Shown here piece by piece: positions 33,816 through 45,003 of a stretch of 64,000 bases of DNA. Positions within the stretch are counted from its first letter, which is position 1. Every line of letters starts with the position of its first letter. The notes beneath the pieces are model-generated. The model searched no databases. It saw only the letters and a list, made by a program, of their open reading frames with translations, and was not told where the DNA came from. The translations under genes and the position numbers were made by a program. The stretch is from sequence record SRR31156797_5435; one strand, given 5' to 3'.

Positions 33816-36800
33816 TTACTCATTGGCTTTCAAGGCATCGATCATATTGACATGTTTCAACTTGAAATACATCGCGATCCCTACCACGCCTGAAAACAAG
33901 CAGGTCAATCCCGCTGCATACACATAGCTCATTGGTTCGACTGTCGGTGAAAACATGGCGATATCAACTTCGATGGTCTGTAAGACAAATTGATGCTGAA
34001 GCACCCCTAATAACAAGCCAAAACCAATACCGAAAATCGTTAAAAAGATATTCTCACGAAAGACGTACATCGTCACTTCTCGATCATAAAAGCCTAATAC
34101 TTTGATAGTCGACAACTCGCGGATCCGTTCCGCTATATTGATATTGTTCAAGTTGTACAACACGATAAAGGCTAATGCCCCTGCTGACGTGATCAAGATC
34201 CAAATGACGATGTTCAAGGTTGCTGTCGTGTCATCTAAGGCATCCGCTGAAGCTGAGAGGAAGGAAACATTGATGACATTATCTTGTGCCATCAGGTCAG
34301 CTGCGATCGCTTCTTCATCTGTTTTGCTTAAGCGCTGATTGAATTTCAATAACTCACTATTGTAAGCAGGCGTTTCCTGAAAGATCTTTTCGTACGTTTC
34401 AGGTGTCAAATAAGCAAAATGGCCCGTGTAGTTTTCTGCGATGGCAGCTACCTTCAGTTGAAATTCCTCGCCGCTTTCATTCGTCAACGTTATCGTATCA
34501 CCCACCGATACTCCAAACAACTTAGCAAGCTTTTCATTGATGATGGCGCCCTCTTCTTCTAGCACGTAAGCTTCTCCTGAAACCCGATCATTTAAATGGA
34601 CAAATTTCGACAAACGTGCCGGCTCTTCTGGCACGGTGACGGTTACTTCTGGCTGCGTGACCCCCGGTTGAGCCAACGTCAGACTTTCGGTATGCAAAAA
34701 CAACCCCTCTTCAAAGCCGTCGATTTTTTCTGCAGCAGCTTTTGTTTCACTCATTGCTTTGGAAGCCTCGTCATCAAAGGTAATCACCGCCTGATATTGC
34801 CAGATTTTCTCAAACTGCAAAGGAATGATATTGCTGATGGAATCTCTCAGGCCAAACCCAGTTAAAATCATCGATGTGCAACCAGCGATTCCTAAGATGG
34901 TCATGAGCATTCTTGACTTGTAGCGAAACAGGTTTCGCATTGTAACTTTTTGAATAAAACTTAAGTGCCGCCATAAAAAAGTGATTCTTTCTAAGAGAAT
35001 TCGTTTCCCTGTTTTTGGGGCCTTTGGTCTCAACAAGGAAGCCGATGACTGTCTTAAATCAAATCGTAAAACCAGCAGCGTAATTCCGATGGTGCAAAGC
35101 AAGCTAACACCCACAGCAATCAATGAAAGCCGCAAATACCATGGGGTGTCATACTCCGTGAGATTGTAAAGCGGTCCATAAGCTTGAATGATGATTGCTG
35201 GAAAAAAGGAAAAGCCGACTGCTAAACCCAATACAGCACCTGTGATGCCTGCTGCAGAGGAATAAAGCAAAAATTTCTGTCCAATCTCCCAGTTACGATA
35301 GCCTAATGCTTTCAATGTACCAATCTCACTGCGTTTTTCATCGATCATCCGCGTCATGGTGGTTAGACTGACTAACGCTGCAATCAAAAAGAAGATAACT
35401 GGGAAAATCGTCGCTAACGAAGAAACCCGTTCCGCATTGTCTTGGTACTCTGAATAACCAGGATTCGTATCGCGGTTTTCGACACGATAAACTGCCGGTT
35501 TTAGCTCCAACAATTCCTGCTCTTTTTCAGCAACTTCTTTTTTGGCATCTTCAAGTTTTTCGCGTTCTTTTGGTGCTTTTTCTTTAAATTCGTCAAGCTT
35601 TTCTTGAAGGGTTGCTTCGTTTTCTCGGTATTCCAGCCAGCCCTTGTCTAGCAAAGACTGACCATTAGCTTGCTCAGAAGCTAAAGTCTCACGAGCAACA
35701 CTCAGCTGCGATTCTCCTTGAGTGATCTGGGTCTGAGCCTGTGCCAATTCTTGGCGTCCGGCACTGACTTGGCTCCAGCCAGCGTTGACTTGCTGTTGCG
35801 CCCGTTGAAGTTGCACTTCTTGTTCATTGATTGCAGCCAGTTGTCCGCTTAATTGGGCACGTTGTTGCTCACCTTCAGCAATGAGTGGATTCAATGTATC
35901 TTCAGCTGCCGTCAGCATAGTAGCAATCATCGTTTCATCGATTTCCTCCAGATCAGGAATCGGACCAAGGACATCTGTCGGTAGGTTCAACTGTGCCAGA
36001 GCGGCTGTTACTTGTGCATAGACGGTAGGCAGCTGGGCCATTTGCTCCTCTGCAGAAAGTTGACCCACACTTCTGATTTGATCCATGCCTTGGTATGCCA
36101 GCGCAAGTTGCTCCTCCACTTGTTGGATGCCACTTTGTAGTTCTGACTTTTGTGCCGAAATGGGCGCTAACTGGGCTTGGGCTAATTTTACTTGGGCTTC
36201 TTGCTGAAGCAACGCTTGTTCGCTTTGATCCAGCAGTCGTTGGTTTTCCGCCAACGCTTGCTTACCCTCAGCTATTTTTTGTGCTTCACTATTCAACTGC
36301 TCTTGGGCAGCTTGAATTTCTGTTTGGAAAGCTGCTTCTTGTTCCGTCAGTTCCCGGTGCGCCTGCGCTAATTTTTCTTGTGCGTCGTCGAGTTCCCTTT
36401 GTGCTTCTTGCAGAGCCGTTTCTCCGTTGCGGATCTGTTCTTTGGCTTCGTCAATGGCTGGTTGTGCTTCATCGATCAGCTCTTGTCTGCGTCCTTGCGC
36501 CCGAGGAGCCAACTTTTTCTCAACTTCAGCACTTATTTGATCTCTTTTCGTCTGATACGCCACTGAATAGCTTTCCATTTGAGATAAGTCATCAAAGCGA
36601 ACTAAAAATCGGGCGTACGCACTTTCTTTAAAATCCTCCTCAGGAATCACCGCAAAGTAATCCACTGTCCCATTACCAACGGTACTGTTCCCCCGATGAA
36701 AGTTCTCAATATATTCAGGACTATTGACAAAGCCCACGATCGTGAAGGTATGGGTTTTTAATTGATTTTCGCCACTTTCTGGCAACTCAAAGGATTCATC

Positions 36801-37238
36801 TAATTCGAAACCACCACTATTTTGTGCCGCTTGATCTAAGGCGATTTCCCCTGATTTTTGCGGCAATCGACCAGAAGTCACCTCATATTGATTGACAGGT
36901 CGATCAGTTGAAAGAGAGAAGACACGAATCACAGCACGATGATTTTCGGCATTGATATCAGCGATCTGCTCCGTCTCAACCGCTGTGACGCCAGGCATTT
37001 CCTCAATGATTTGCCGATCGGTATCCGACAACCCCAAAGTTGAAGCAATTGTAAGGTCGGCTAATTGTTGGCGAGAAAAGTAATCTTCAGCAGCTTGTTT
37101 CATATTAGGGCCGGTGGCGCTGATCCCGACAAAAAAAGCGACTCCTAAAAAGATAATGCCTAAAATGGACAAAAACCGCCCGGGTGCTTGCCTAATTTCA
37201 CGTAAACTGGAACGTAATAATGTTTTTTTCATAGGCAT
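33816..37238 (-). CDS. FtsX/MacB-like ABC permease with a long extracellular coiled coil
   Basis: Two TM clusters (EKRSEIGTLKALGY, ERIRELSTIKVLGF) flanking a Q/E-rich coiled coil. Confidence 0.9.
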   Translation of the reverse strand: MPMKKTLLRSSLREIRQAPGRFLSILGIIFLGVAFFVGISATGPNMKQAAEDYFSRQQLADLTIASTLGLSDTDRQIIEEMPGVTAVETEQIADINAENHRAVIRVFSLSTDRPVNQYEVTSGRLPQKSGEIALDQAAQNSGGFELDESFELPESGENQLKTHTFTIVGFVNSPEYIENFHRGNSTVGNGTVDYFAVIPEEDFKESAYARFLVRFDDLSQMESYSVAYQTKRDQISAEVEKKLAPRAQGRRQELIDEAQPAIDEAKEQIRNGETALQEAQRELDDAQEKLAQAHRELTEQEAAFQTEIQAAQEQLNSEAQKIAEGKQALAENQRLLDQSEQALLQQEAQVKLAQAQLAPISAQKSELQSGIQQVEEQLALAYQGMDQIRSVGQLSAEEQMAQLPTVYAQVTAALAQLNLPTDVLGPIPDLEEIDETMIATMLTAAEDTLNPLIAEGEQQRAQLSGQLAAINEQEVQLQRAQQQVNAGWSQVSAGRQELAQAQTQITQGESQLSVARETLASEQANGQSLLDKGWLEYRENEATLQEKLDEFKEKAPKEREKLEDAKKEVAEKEQELLELKPAVYRVENRDTNPGYSEYQDNAERVSSLATIFPVIFFLIAALVSLTTMTRMIDEKRSEIGTLKALGYRNWEIGQKFLLYSSAAGITGAVLGLAVGFSFFPAIIIQAYGPLYNLTEYDTPWYLRLSLIAVGVSLLCTIGITLLVLRFDLRQSSASLLRPKAPKTGKRILLERITFLWRHLSFIQKVTMRNLFRYKSRMLMTILGIAGCTSMILTGFGLRDSISNIIPLQFEKIWQYQAVITFDDEASKAMSETKAAAEKIDGFEEGLFLHTESLTLAQPGVTQPEVTVTVPEEPARLSKFVHLNDRVSGEAYVLEEEGAIINEKLAKLFGVSVGDTITLTNESGEEFQLKVAAIAENYTGHFAYLTPETYEKIFQETPAYNSELLKFNQRLSKTDEEAIAADLMAQDNVINVSFLSASADALDDTTATLNIVIWILITSAGALAFIVLYNLNNINIAERIRELSTIKVLGFYDREVTMYVFRENIFLTIFGIGFGLLLGVLQHQFVLQTIEVDIAMFSPTVEPMSYVYAAGLTCLFSGVVGIAMYFKLKHVNMIDALKANE

Positions 37239-37940
37239 TTACCAAGAAATAGAGGCAATTGGAATCGGATGAGTATTTTTTTCCATCTTGCGAACCTTTG
37301 CGTCATTGATATGGATCACGCGATCCGCCATGGGAGCCAAGGCACTGTTGTGTGTAATGATCAAAACGGTCGTCCCAGTCTCGCGAGCTGTTTTTTCTAA
37401 AATAGCCAAAATCTGTTTTCCCGTTTCATAGTCAAGTGCCCCAGTTGGTTCATCACAAAGCAGCAGTTTGGGCTTCTTGGCTATGGCACGAGCAATCGTG
37501 ACCCTTTGCTGTTCACCGCCAGACAATTGTGCAGGAAAGTGATCCAAGCGATCACCTAATCCAACTTGGGTCAAAATCTCAGCTGCATCAAGTGCTTCGG
37601 GTACGATTTGTGCCGACAGTTCCACATTTTCTCTAGCCGTCAAGTTCGGCACCAAATTGTAAAATTGAAAGACAAATCCGACGTCTTTGCGACGATAGGT
37701 CGTTAGTTGTTTAGCATCAAAACCAGCAATATCCGTTCCATCGACAATCACTTGGCCGCTGTCACATTGATCCATCCCGCCTAGTATGTTCAAAACGGTG
37801 GACTTACCGGCGCCACTAGGACCAAGGATCAGCGCGATCTCGCCTTTCTCTACGGAAAAAGAGATGCCATCATTGGCAGCAATCACCGTATCGCCCATTG
37901 TGTATTTCTTCACTTCTTTCACTACTTCAATATAACTCAT
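37239..37940 (-). CDS. ABC transporter ATP-binding protein (LolD/MacB type)
   Basis: [24 protein letters not shown]. Confidence 0.93.
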   Translation of the reverse strand: MSYIEVVKEVKKYTMGDTVIAANDGISFSVEKGEIALILGPSGAGKSTVLNILGGMDQCDSGQVIVDGTDIAGFDAKQLTTYRRKDVGFVFQFYNLVPNLTARENVELSAQIVPEALDAAEILTQVGLGDRLDHFPAQLSGGEQQRVTIARAIAKKPKLLLCDEPTGALDYETGKQILAILEKTARETGTTVLIITHNSALAPMADRVIHINDAKVRKMEKNTHPIPIASISW

Positions 37941-38100
37941 TTTATTCCTCCAAGAATTCCAGCGCCGCATGCGCTTTCTCGCTTAACAGTGTATCACACT
38001 TTTTCCCTTGAAAGAAACCGCAAAAAAGCAGCACAAGGTCGTGCTGCTAAAAAACAAGTCATTTATTCAAAGTGATCCAGATTGGCAAAAGCAAAACAAA

Positions 38101-38939
38101 TCATTTTGTGTGGTCCGCAATTCTTTGTTGCGTTTCTTGCCATAGTTTCTGTGCTTGTTGCTGCTCCTTCGGGATCTCGGTTAGGACTGCTTGACGATCA
38201 ACAAAGTAGCGGCCACTGATACCCGCAACGTCTGGACTTAGCGCTAAGTAAATCGCTGTATCTGCCCCTTCTTCGGCTGTTTTAAAAAAAGGCGTCAACA
38301 TTTTATAAATAGATTGACCAAATCCTGTTTGTCGACTGACCCCTAAGCTGGTCGCCACAGCTCCCGGATGCAAGGAATTAGCAGTAACGGTCGTATTGCG
38401 TAGCTGAAACGCAAGCGCATCCGTAAATAAAATCAGGGCTTTTTTTGAGCGGCCATATTCCCGCCAAGGGAAAAAATCCGGTACATCGAAAAAGCGCTGA
38501 TCCTTTTTCTTTACAAATTTGTAGGCGCCGGATGACACATTGACGATCCTGCCGGCATCGGCACGTTTTATTAGCGGCAATAACTGACGGGTCAGTTCAA
38601 AATGCCCCACGTAGTTTACGCCCAGCATTTGTTCAAATCCATCGGCTGTTCGCTCTTTTTTAAATTGACGATGCCCGCATTATTGATCAGTACATCCAAT
38701 TTCTCAAAGCGGGCGTTGATTTCAGCGGCTGACTTGCGTACGCTAGCCAACGACCCCAAATCACCGATCACTAGATCGATGCTTGGATTGCCTGTCTCTT
38801 CCTTCAAACGTTGCTGTGCTGCCTGCCCTCGTTCGGCAGAACGGCAATACAAAATCACATGCATCCCCAATTCTGCCAATTGTTTGGCTGTTGCAAAGCC
38901 CATACCGGCATTGGCGCCGGTAACTAAAATCGTCTTCAA
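38101..38939 (-). pseudogene. SDR oxidoreductase (retinol dehydrogenase-like) split by a 1-nt frameshift at the A6 run 38656-38661
   Basis: 5' ORF has TGANAGMG and NNAG; 3' ORF has VNYVGHF, NVSS, YGRSK and HPG; one extra A gives LKKERTADGFEQMLGVN. Confidence 0.85.
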
Positions 38940-39061
38940 ATCCCCATCATCTCCTTCATAGGATGTCGTTTTCTTTCATCATAACTGAAAACAAAAAAAT
39001 CTGCTCAAAAAACAGATCAAGAGAAGCTCTCTTCTTGTTTCTTTAAGCAGATTGTTTTATT

Positions 39062-40207
39062 TTACGCCTGGTAGCGGCAGACGCCATCTAAATAGGTGGC
39101 TGTTACATTCATTTCTTGATCCAAAACAATAAAGTCAGCTGGGCGACCTTGTTTGATCATGCCGCAAGCATGGTCAATTTTACAGCTGATTGCTGGAATC
39201 AAGCTGGCCATCATGACCGCTTCTTGAGGGGTAGCGATTCCCCAGTCTACTACATTTTTCACAGCTTCTTTTAGTTTCAAAATACTACCAGCAAGATTGC
39301 CAGTTTCCATTCGAGCCGTTCCATCTTTCACCACTACTGGAAATTCACCTAAAATATAATCACCATCTGGCATGCCGCCAGCCATCATACAGTCAGTGAT
39401 CAAGGCAACATGGTCGTGACCAGCTTTTTCCATCAAAATCTCAGCTGCTTGAGGATGCACATGGTGGCCATCACAAATCAACTCTGAAAAAACTTCTTTT
39501 AATGAAAGTAGGGCACCAACCATTCCAGGCTCGCGATGGTTTAATCCGCGCATACCGTTGAATGCATGAACAAAAACGCTAGCACCAGCTTCAACTGCTG
39601 TTTGCGCTTCTTGTAATGTACCGTTACTATGGCCTAGAGCAACCACTACGCCTTCTTCCGTCACTTGCGAAACAAACTCACTCACACCTTCTCGTTCAGG
39701 AGCCAAGGCGATTTTTTTGATAATTCCACCAGAAGCTTCTTGCCATTCATGGAAGGTATCGATATCAGGATCACCAAAATAAATTGGATTTTGTGCACCT
39801 TTATGTTCTTCAGTAAAGAATGGGCCTTCAAAATAGATCCCTTGGATTTTTGCTCCTGTAACTTCGTCTTTGACTTTCCCAACGGTTTCAGCAACATCCC
39901 GCAACCGTTCTTTGCTGGATGTTAAGGTTGTTGGCAAGAAGGAAGTCACACCACATGATAAAAGGCCTTCCGACATGGCTTTAATGCCTTCTGCATCGTT
40001 GTCCATCACATCATGGTTCATAAATCCGTGGATATGAGTATCCACAAGACCCGGTGCTACCCATTTGCCTGAATAATCTTCTACGTCTGCACCAGAAGGG
40101 ACTTCATCGACGATCGCTCCGAATTTCCCCTCTTTGACCTCCAGGTAACCAGGGCCATGAACCGCTGATTTTAGAAAGAATTTGTCTGCGTAAATATATT
40201 TATTCAT
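39062..40207 (-). CDS. nagA: N-acetylglucosamine-6-phosphate deacetylase
   Basis: PGLVDTHIHG, EGPF, H.FNGM, DGHHVHP, LAGS. Confidence 0.95.
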   Translation of the reverse strand: MNKYIYADKFFLKSAVHGPGYLEVKEGKFGAIVDEVPSGADVEDYSGKWVAPGLVDTHIHGFMNHDVMDNDAEGIKAMSEGLLSCGVTSFLPTTLTSSKERLRDVAETVGKVKDEVTGAKIQGIYFEGPFFTEEHKGAQNPIYFGDPDIDTFHEWQEASGGIIKKIALAPEREGVSEFVSQVTEEGVVVALGHSNGTLQEAQTAVEAGASVFVHAFNGMRGLNHREPGMVGALLSLKEVFSELICDGHHVHPQAAEILMEKAGHDHVALITDCMMAGGMPDGDYILGEFPVVVKDGTARMETGNLAGSILKLKEAVKNVVDWGIATPQEAVMMASLIPAISCKIDHACGMIKQGRPADFIVLDQEMNVTATYLDGVCRYQA

Positions 40208-40275
40208 CTTGATCGCTCCTCTATTTCTTTTCTTCCTTAAAAGTACTCTTATTTAGGGAAGAAGTCAAGAAAGGT

Positions 40276-41121
40276 CTACACCACTTTGTCAGATTGGCGA
40301 ATATCCATGACAGCACGATACAGCTGAAAACTTTTTTCGGCTGCATTTTCTTCTTTCAGTCTATAAAGTAAGTGTCCCTTCAGTTCAAACAATTCTTCTA
40401 GAAAATACAAACTGTTCTTTTCTCTGGCTAAGGAAATGCCTTCGTTCGTTACCTTTAGCGCGAGGCAATCTTCTTGTTGCTCCTTTAAAAAGACCGCATA
40501 ATTGTAGTAAATTTTGGTCAATGATGTGGAGAGACGTTCCGGTGGCAATGCGTGCATGGCATCGTATGCTTTTTCTAAGTAAAAACGAGCTTCACCCAGT
40601 TGCAGCAAATCACTATAGACGCGACCCATGCAGCTCAGGATACGAATTTCCATCACCGACACATTGGTCTTATCCTGTTGATAGGAATAGGCCAATCCTT
40701 TTTTCAGCGCCTCAAGGGCGGCATCATAGTTTTGATCGAGGAAATAATCACAGCTGCCTAGATAGTAGTAATACATTTGCATATCTGAATCCAGATACAA
40801 ATAATCCTTGATCGCCTTATCTTCCATTTTTTCCCGCATTTCTTGAAACTGCTTATGGACAAAATGTGATTCGATTTCGGCAAAGATTTGATTGGTTTTG
40901 TTGATCTCTTCCGAATGAAGCATCATTACTTGATCTAAGGTGACTCCTAAGCGTTGGCAGATTTGATACATCACCCAGACATTCGGCAACTCTTCGTTGT
41001 TTTCAATACGGCTTAAAACACTTTGCGAACAAATATCTTCCGCTAACATCTTCTGTGTCATCTTTCGTTTCAACCGAATCGAACGGATATTTTGACCAAA
41101 AGATTCTTCTTTTTTCTTCAT
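40276..41121 (-). CDS. XRE-HTH plus TPR-like transcriptional regulator (PlcR/Rgg, RRNPP-like)
   Basis: N-terminal HTH (TQKMLAEDICSQSVLSRIEN) followed by helical TPR-like repeats. Confidence 0.85.
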   Translation of the reverse strand: MKKKEESFGQNIRSIRLKRKMTQKMLAEDICSQSVLSRIENNEELPNVWVMYQICQRLGVTLDQVMMLHSEEINKTNQIFAEIESHFVHKQFQEMREKMEDKAIKDYLYLDSDMQMYYYYLGSCDYFLDQNYDAALEALKKGLAYSYQQDKTNVSVMEIRILSCMGRVYSDLLQLGEARFYLEKAYDAMHALPPERLSTSLTKIYYNYAVFLKEQQEDCLALKVTNEGISLAREKNSLYFLEELFELKGHLLYRLKEENAAEKSFQLYRAVMDIRQSDKVV

Positions 41122-41142
41122 AATCGTCCTCCAGGGGGAATT

Positions 41143-41190
41143 CTTATAAAAACCGAACGTTTCTTGTCAAAAATGCGAATTCGCATTTTT
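41143..41190 (-). promoter_or_regulatory. Promoter of the RRNPP-like regulator with an adjoining 22-bp palindromic operator
   Basis: TTGACA-16-TATAAG; perfect palindrome AAAAATGCGAATTCGCATTTTT at 41169-41190. Confidence 0.65.
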
Positions 41191-41281
41191 AATTTTCTTT
41201 ATTTTAGCACATAATGACAAAAAGGAAAGCAATTTCAAGAATGTCTTGTTATTTTTCCACAATTTCAAATGAGGTGTTAAG

Positions 41282-41461
41282 ATGACGATCGACAGTACGA
41301 TCTTTTTTACATGGGATGGCAAGAAGTATCAAGGGATCATCGAACGAGAATATGAGAACTCTGTTCTGGTTCAAGTCACCGATCCTAGTGCTGAAATGCT
41401 GGATAAATTTACCAATCGAATGATTGTGAGCAAAAAAATTTGTCAACCAGTTGCCGAATAA
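41282..41461 (+). CDS. Small 59-aa protein, YkvS/DUF2187-like
   Basis: GAGGTG RBS; MTIDSTIFFTWDGKKYQGIIEREYENSVLVQVTDPSAEMLDKFTNRMIVSKKICQPVAE; terminator follows; below the ORF-track cutoff. Confidence 0.75.
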   Translation: MTIDSTIFFTWDGKKYQGIIEREYENSVLVQVTDPSAEMLDKFTNRMIVSKKICQPVAE

Positions 41462-41466
41462 AAACA

Positions 41467-41510
41467 TAAGCACCACTCCCTCACGGTTGTTGAAGGAGCG
41501 GTGCTTTTTT
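41467..41510. terminator. Bidirectional terminator
   Basis: aagcaccactcc...ggagcggtgcttttt. Confidence 0.75.
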
Positions 41511-41516
41511 ATATTT

Positions 41517-42734
41517 TTATTTCTGACGATAGGACGCCAAAAATTCTGTCATTTTTTCAGCAGTCGTTTTTAAGTCTTCCATATTAGGAAGATAAACGAT
41601 TCGGAAATGATCTGGCTGTTGCCAGTTGAACCCACCGCCGTGAACCAGCAAGATGTGGTGCTCGTGTAAAAAGTCTAAAACAAATTGTTCATCATTGGTG
41701 ATATTAAAGCGTTGAATATCAATTTTAGGGAAAATATAAAAGGCGGCTTTCGGTTTCACCGCTGACAATCCCGGAATGTCATTGATTGCCTTGTGGATAA
41801 ACGCTCTTTGTTCATAAATACGACCACCTGGTAATAGTAACTCATCAGAACTTTGATAGCCTCCTAATGCGGTCTGAACGATTTGTTGCGATAAGACATT
41901 CGAACACAGTCGCATCGAAGATAGCATATTCAAGCCTTCGATATAGTCTTTCACATGGGACTTGTCGCCACTGAGGACCATCCAGCCCACACGGAAACCT
42001 GCCACTCGATGAGACTTAGACAAGCCACCTAGCGTCACAACGAATCGATCTGGCGCTAATGTAGCAATCGGCACATGGACATAATCATCCATGACTAACC
42101 GGTCATAGATCTCATCAGAGAAAATGATCAAGTCATGCTCACGAGCAACGTCGACGATTTGCTCCAAAATTTCTTTTGGATAAACGGCTCCTGTTGGATT
42201 GTTCGGATTAATAATGACGATCGCTTTGGTTTTGCTGGTGACCTTGGCTTTGATGTCCTCGATATCAGGATTCCAATCTGCTTGTTCATCACAAATATAA
42301 TGGACGGGCTTTCCGCCAGCTAATGAGATCGAAGCAGTCCACAAAGGATAGTCAGGCATCGGCACTAACACTTCATCCCCATTGTTGCACAAACCTTGCA
42401 TGCACATCGTGATCAGCTCGGAAACACCATTACCTGTGTAAATATCATTGATGGTCACATCAGGAAATTTCTGTAATTGATAATATTGTTCGATCGCTTT
42501 ACGGGCAGAAAAAATCCCTTTCGAATCAGAATATCCTTCCGATTCTCGCACGTTCATAATCAGGTCTCTAACGATCTCATTTGGGGCTTCGAACCCAAAA
42601 GGCGCGGGATTCCCCGTATTTAATTTCAAGATACTGATGCCTTCTTCTTGCATCCGATCGGCTTCTTCTAAAACTGGGCCGCGCACATCATAACTGACCC
42701 CTTCAAGTTTTGACGACTTCGAAAATTTCTTCAT
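41517..42734 (-). CDS. alaA: Class I PLP aminotransferase (AlaA type)
   Basis: LNTGNPAPF, NPNNPTG, DEIYD, GLSKSHRVAGFRVGW. Confidence 0.9.
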   Translation of the reverse strand: MKKFSKSSKLEGVSYDVRGPVLEEADRMQEEGISILKLNTGNPAPFGFEAPNEIVRDLIMNVRESEGYSDSKGIFSARKAIEQYYQLQKFPDVTINDIYTGNGVSELITMCMQGLCNNGDEVLVPMPDYPLWTASISLAGGKPVHYICDEQADWNPDIEDIKAKVTSKTKAIVIINPNNPTGAVYPKEILEQIVDVAREHDLIIFSDEIYDRLVMDDYVHVPIATLAPDRFVVTLGGLSKSHRVAGFRVGWMVLSGDKSHVKDYIEGLNMLSSMRLCSNVLSQQIVQTALGGYQSSDELLLPGGRIYEQRAFIHKAINDIPGLSAVKPKAAFYIFPKIDIQRFNITNDEQFVLDFLHEHHILLVHGGGFNWQQPDHFRIVYLPNMEDLKTTAEKMTEFLASYRQK

Positions 42735-42902
42735 ATTCCATTTCTCCTTTAACCATAGGTCAACGTCAGGTTATTGGTTCTCGTCGTTGATCTCTTTTCA
42801 GATTGAACCTATTATAGCAAAAAACTTTTACCTATGGCGAAATTTTTTTGCTTCTCCTTCATCTGTGCTTGTCCCGCTCTCATCTCGTAAATAGTGCGAC
42901 AG

Positions 42903-43778
42903 TCAGTAATTTTCAGGAAAATACGTCAAATACAATTCATTTAGTGCCAAGTGCCCCACAGAAAAATCAGTGATCCCTGCAGCGATAAACCGTTGCGGTA
43001 GCTGAGGATCGCTGATTTCTATCAGATAGATCCGTCCTTGCAGATCGATGGTCACCGTCGTTAATTCTGGAAAAGCCACCAAAAAATCTGCCGAGTCCGT
43101 TTTTAAGTACAACGGTTGATTGACTAACGACTTGCGACCAAAGTATTCGTGAATGATCTTGCCGTCTTTTAAAAACAAGACCCGATCCGCGTAGGAATCC
43201 AAATTCGTCAAAATATGCGAAGCAATCACGATCGCTTTCTTTTGCGCTCGCAAGGCTTTTAATACGTTAGAGATCAATTCCACATTGGTCGGATCCAAGC
43301 CATTCATGACTTCATCCATCAGCATATAAGGCGTATCCGTCACGATCTGCATCGCAAAACAAAGACGTTGCCGCATGCCCAGCGAATAGGTACCCACAGG
43401 ACGTTTGATATAGTCACTCATCCGCAAACGATCAATCGTTTCTTCCACTAAGTGTTCCTCTGAACGCCACATTCGCTGATACAGCTTGAGATGCTCGAAA
43501 CCACTCAAATCATTGTACAAATCATTTTGGTCAGGAAAAAACGAAATTTGTTGATGCGCTGCCACTTCTGATTTTTTGGTCACATATACTTGACTGCCAT
43601 TCAAAAATACTGCGCCTTCATTCGGCTGGATGAAATTCATCGCCACATTCAATAGCGTGGATTTCCCGGTGCCGTTAGGGGCGACTAACCCGACGATTTC
43701 CCCGGGAGAAAAGGCAATGGAAAGCTGATCCAATACTTTTCTCGTATACGTGACCGTCACATTTTTCAGTTCTAACAT
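42903..43778 (-). CDS. ABC exporter ATP-binding protein
   Basis: [25 protein letters not shown]. Confidence 0.9.
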   Translation of the reverse strand: MLELKNVTVTYTRKVLDQLSIAFSPGEIVGLVAPNGTGKSTLLNVAMNFIQPNEGAVFLNGSQVYVTKKSEVAAHQQISFFPDQNDLYNDLSGFEHLKLYQRMWRSEEHLVEETIDRLRMSDYIKRPVGTYSLGMRQRLCFAMQIVTDTPYMLMDEVMNGLDPTNVELISNVLKALRAQKKAIVIASHILTNLDSYADRVLFLKDGKIIHEYFGRKSLVNQPLYLKTDSADFLVAFPELTTVTIDLQGRIYLIEISDPQLPQRFIAAGITDFSVGHLALNELYLTYFPENY

Positions 43779-43788
43779 ATCGTTCCTC

Positions 43789-45003
43789 CTATGCCAAATG
43801 AAATTTTTTGCGTTGGATCGTCACGAAGAAACACATTTCGATCAGAAGCCAAACGCCTCCTAATAAAAACAACCCTTTTTCCATCGTAAACCCTGCAGAA
43901 CCAAAATAAAAACGTGTCCAGCCTGAAAGGACTTGTCCCACATTTTGATACAGATAGACATACAGCGTTTTATCAAGGTAAGCACTGAACCAACGTCTTT
44001 GGAAAATATAGGGTGAAAGCAAGCAAAAACCAGCCAAAAGCAAATTAACCAGTTCTGAGCGAAACAGGGCACTGAACAACAAGATGCCGCGACAATAAAT
44101 AAACTGCAAAAAAAGCGTCGCAAGAAAACATTGGCCTATAAAAAGACCGATGGCTTGTGTTTCAAAAGCGTTGAAATCTGTGATCGGGTAGCGGGCATCA
44201 AATGTCGGTGATAAAATCGTGACCGGTAGTTCCAGGGAACCAAAGCCGAATTGAATACCAGAACCCAACCAGAGAAAGAACATGGTCCCAAGCGTTGCAA
44301 TTGCAGAACCGACCATCAATACTGCCGTTTTGCTCCAAAGGATCTCTTCTGCCGATAATGGCAGTGAAAGAAATAGGGATTTATGTCTTCGTTCTTTTGG
44401 TAAGCAATCGATCGCCAAAAATAAAGAAACAGCAAGCAATAGAATCGGTAAATATCCAGTAAAACTTCGCTGCAATGCCTGTATCCCCGTTTTTTGCTCC
44501 ATGACTGCTTGCGAGAGTTTCTTATTCGGCAACTGGCTGAAGGCTTCCATAAGCTTAGCGGTTGAAGCATAACCAAAGCGACCGTCATAGGCAGCGTAGT
44601 AATTTTGAAACGTATAATAATCCGGTGTATAAAAAACATTTCGTTCATCGGTAAACTGCAATGCCAACTGGTACCACGTAGTTGTTCCTCGTGCATAAGC
44701 TTGCCAGTTTTCATCAGCTAGTGCATCTAATCGTTGTTTTTCCGCTTCGTTCCATGGGGTAAACATTTCAACTGCTAAGCTTGCCGACCAATGGTCAGAA
44801 GGATTGGCTGCTTGTTGATCAAGAAAATCTTGTCGCACAGTATAGCGTTGTTGCATTTCTGTTTTATCTACTCGTTCAATCGGGCGAAAATCTTTTTGCC
44901 AAAAACTGTAAACGCCGCTATAGATAAGAAGCAAGCAAAAAAGACCAATAGTTTTCTTGCTCTTTAAGAGTTGTCGTAATTCAAATAAAAAATAGTCTTT
45001 CAT
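43789..45003 (-). CDS. ABC-2-type permease with extracellular domain
   Basis: One N-terminal TM, large loop, several C-terminal TMs; in operon with the ATPase. Confidence 0.75.
   Translation of the reverse strand: MKDYFLFELRQLLKSKKTIGLFCLLLIYSGVYSFWQKDFRPIERVDKTEMQQRYTVRQDFLDQQAANPSDHWSASLAVEMFTPWNEAEKQRLDALADENWQAYARGTTTWYQLALQFTDERNVFYTPDYYTFQNYYAAYDGRFGYASTAKLMEAFSQLPNKKLSQAVMEQKTGIQALQRSFTGYLPILLLAVSLFLAIDCLPKERRHKSLFLSLPLSAEEILWSKTAVLMVGSAIATLGTMFFLWLGSGIQFGFGSLELPVTILSPTFDARYPITDFNAFETQAIGLFIGQCFLATLFLQFIYCRGILLFSALFRSELVNLLLAGFCLLSPYIFQRRWFSAYLDKTLYVYLYQNVGQVLSGWTRFYFGSAGFTMEKGLFLLGGVWLLIEMCFFVTIQRKKFHLA

Noticed and set aside
35500-36480. Q/E/A-rich quasi-repetitive stretch and the overlapping 178-aa + strand ORF
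   Set aside because: Ordinary coiled coil of the FtsX-like permease; the antisense ORF is a shadow
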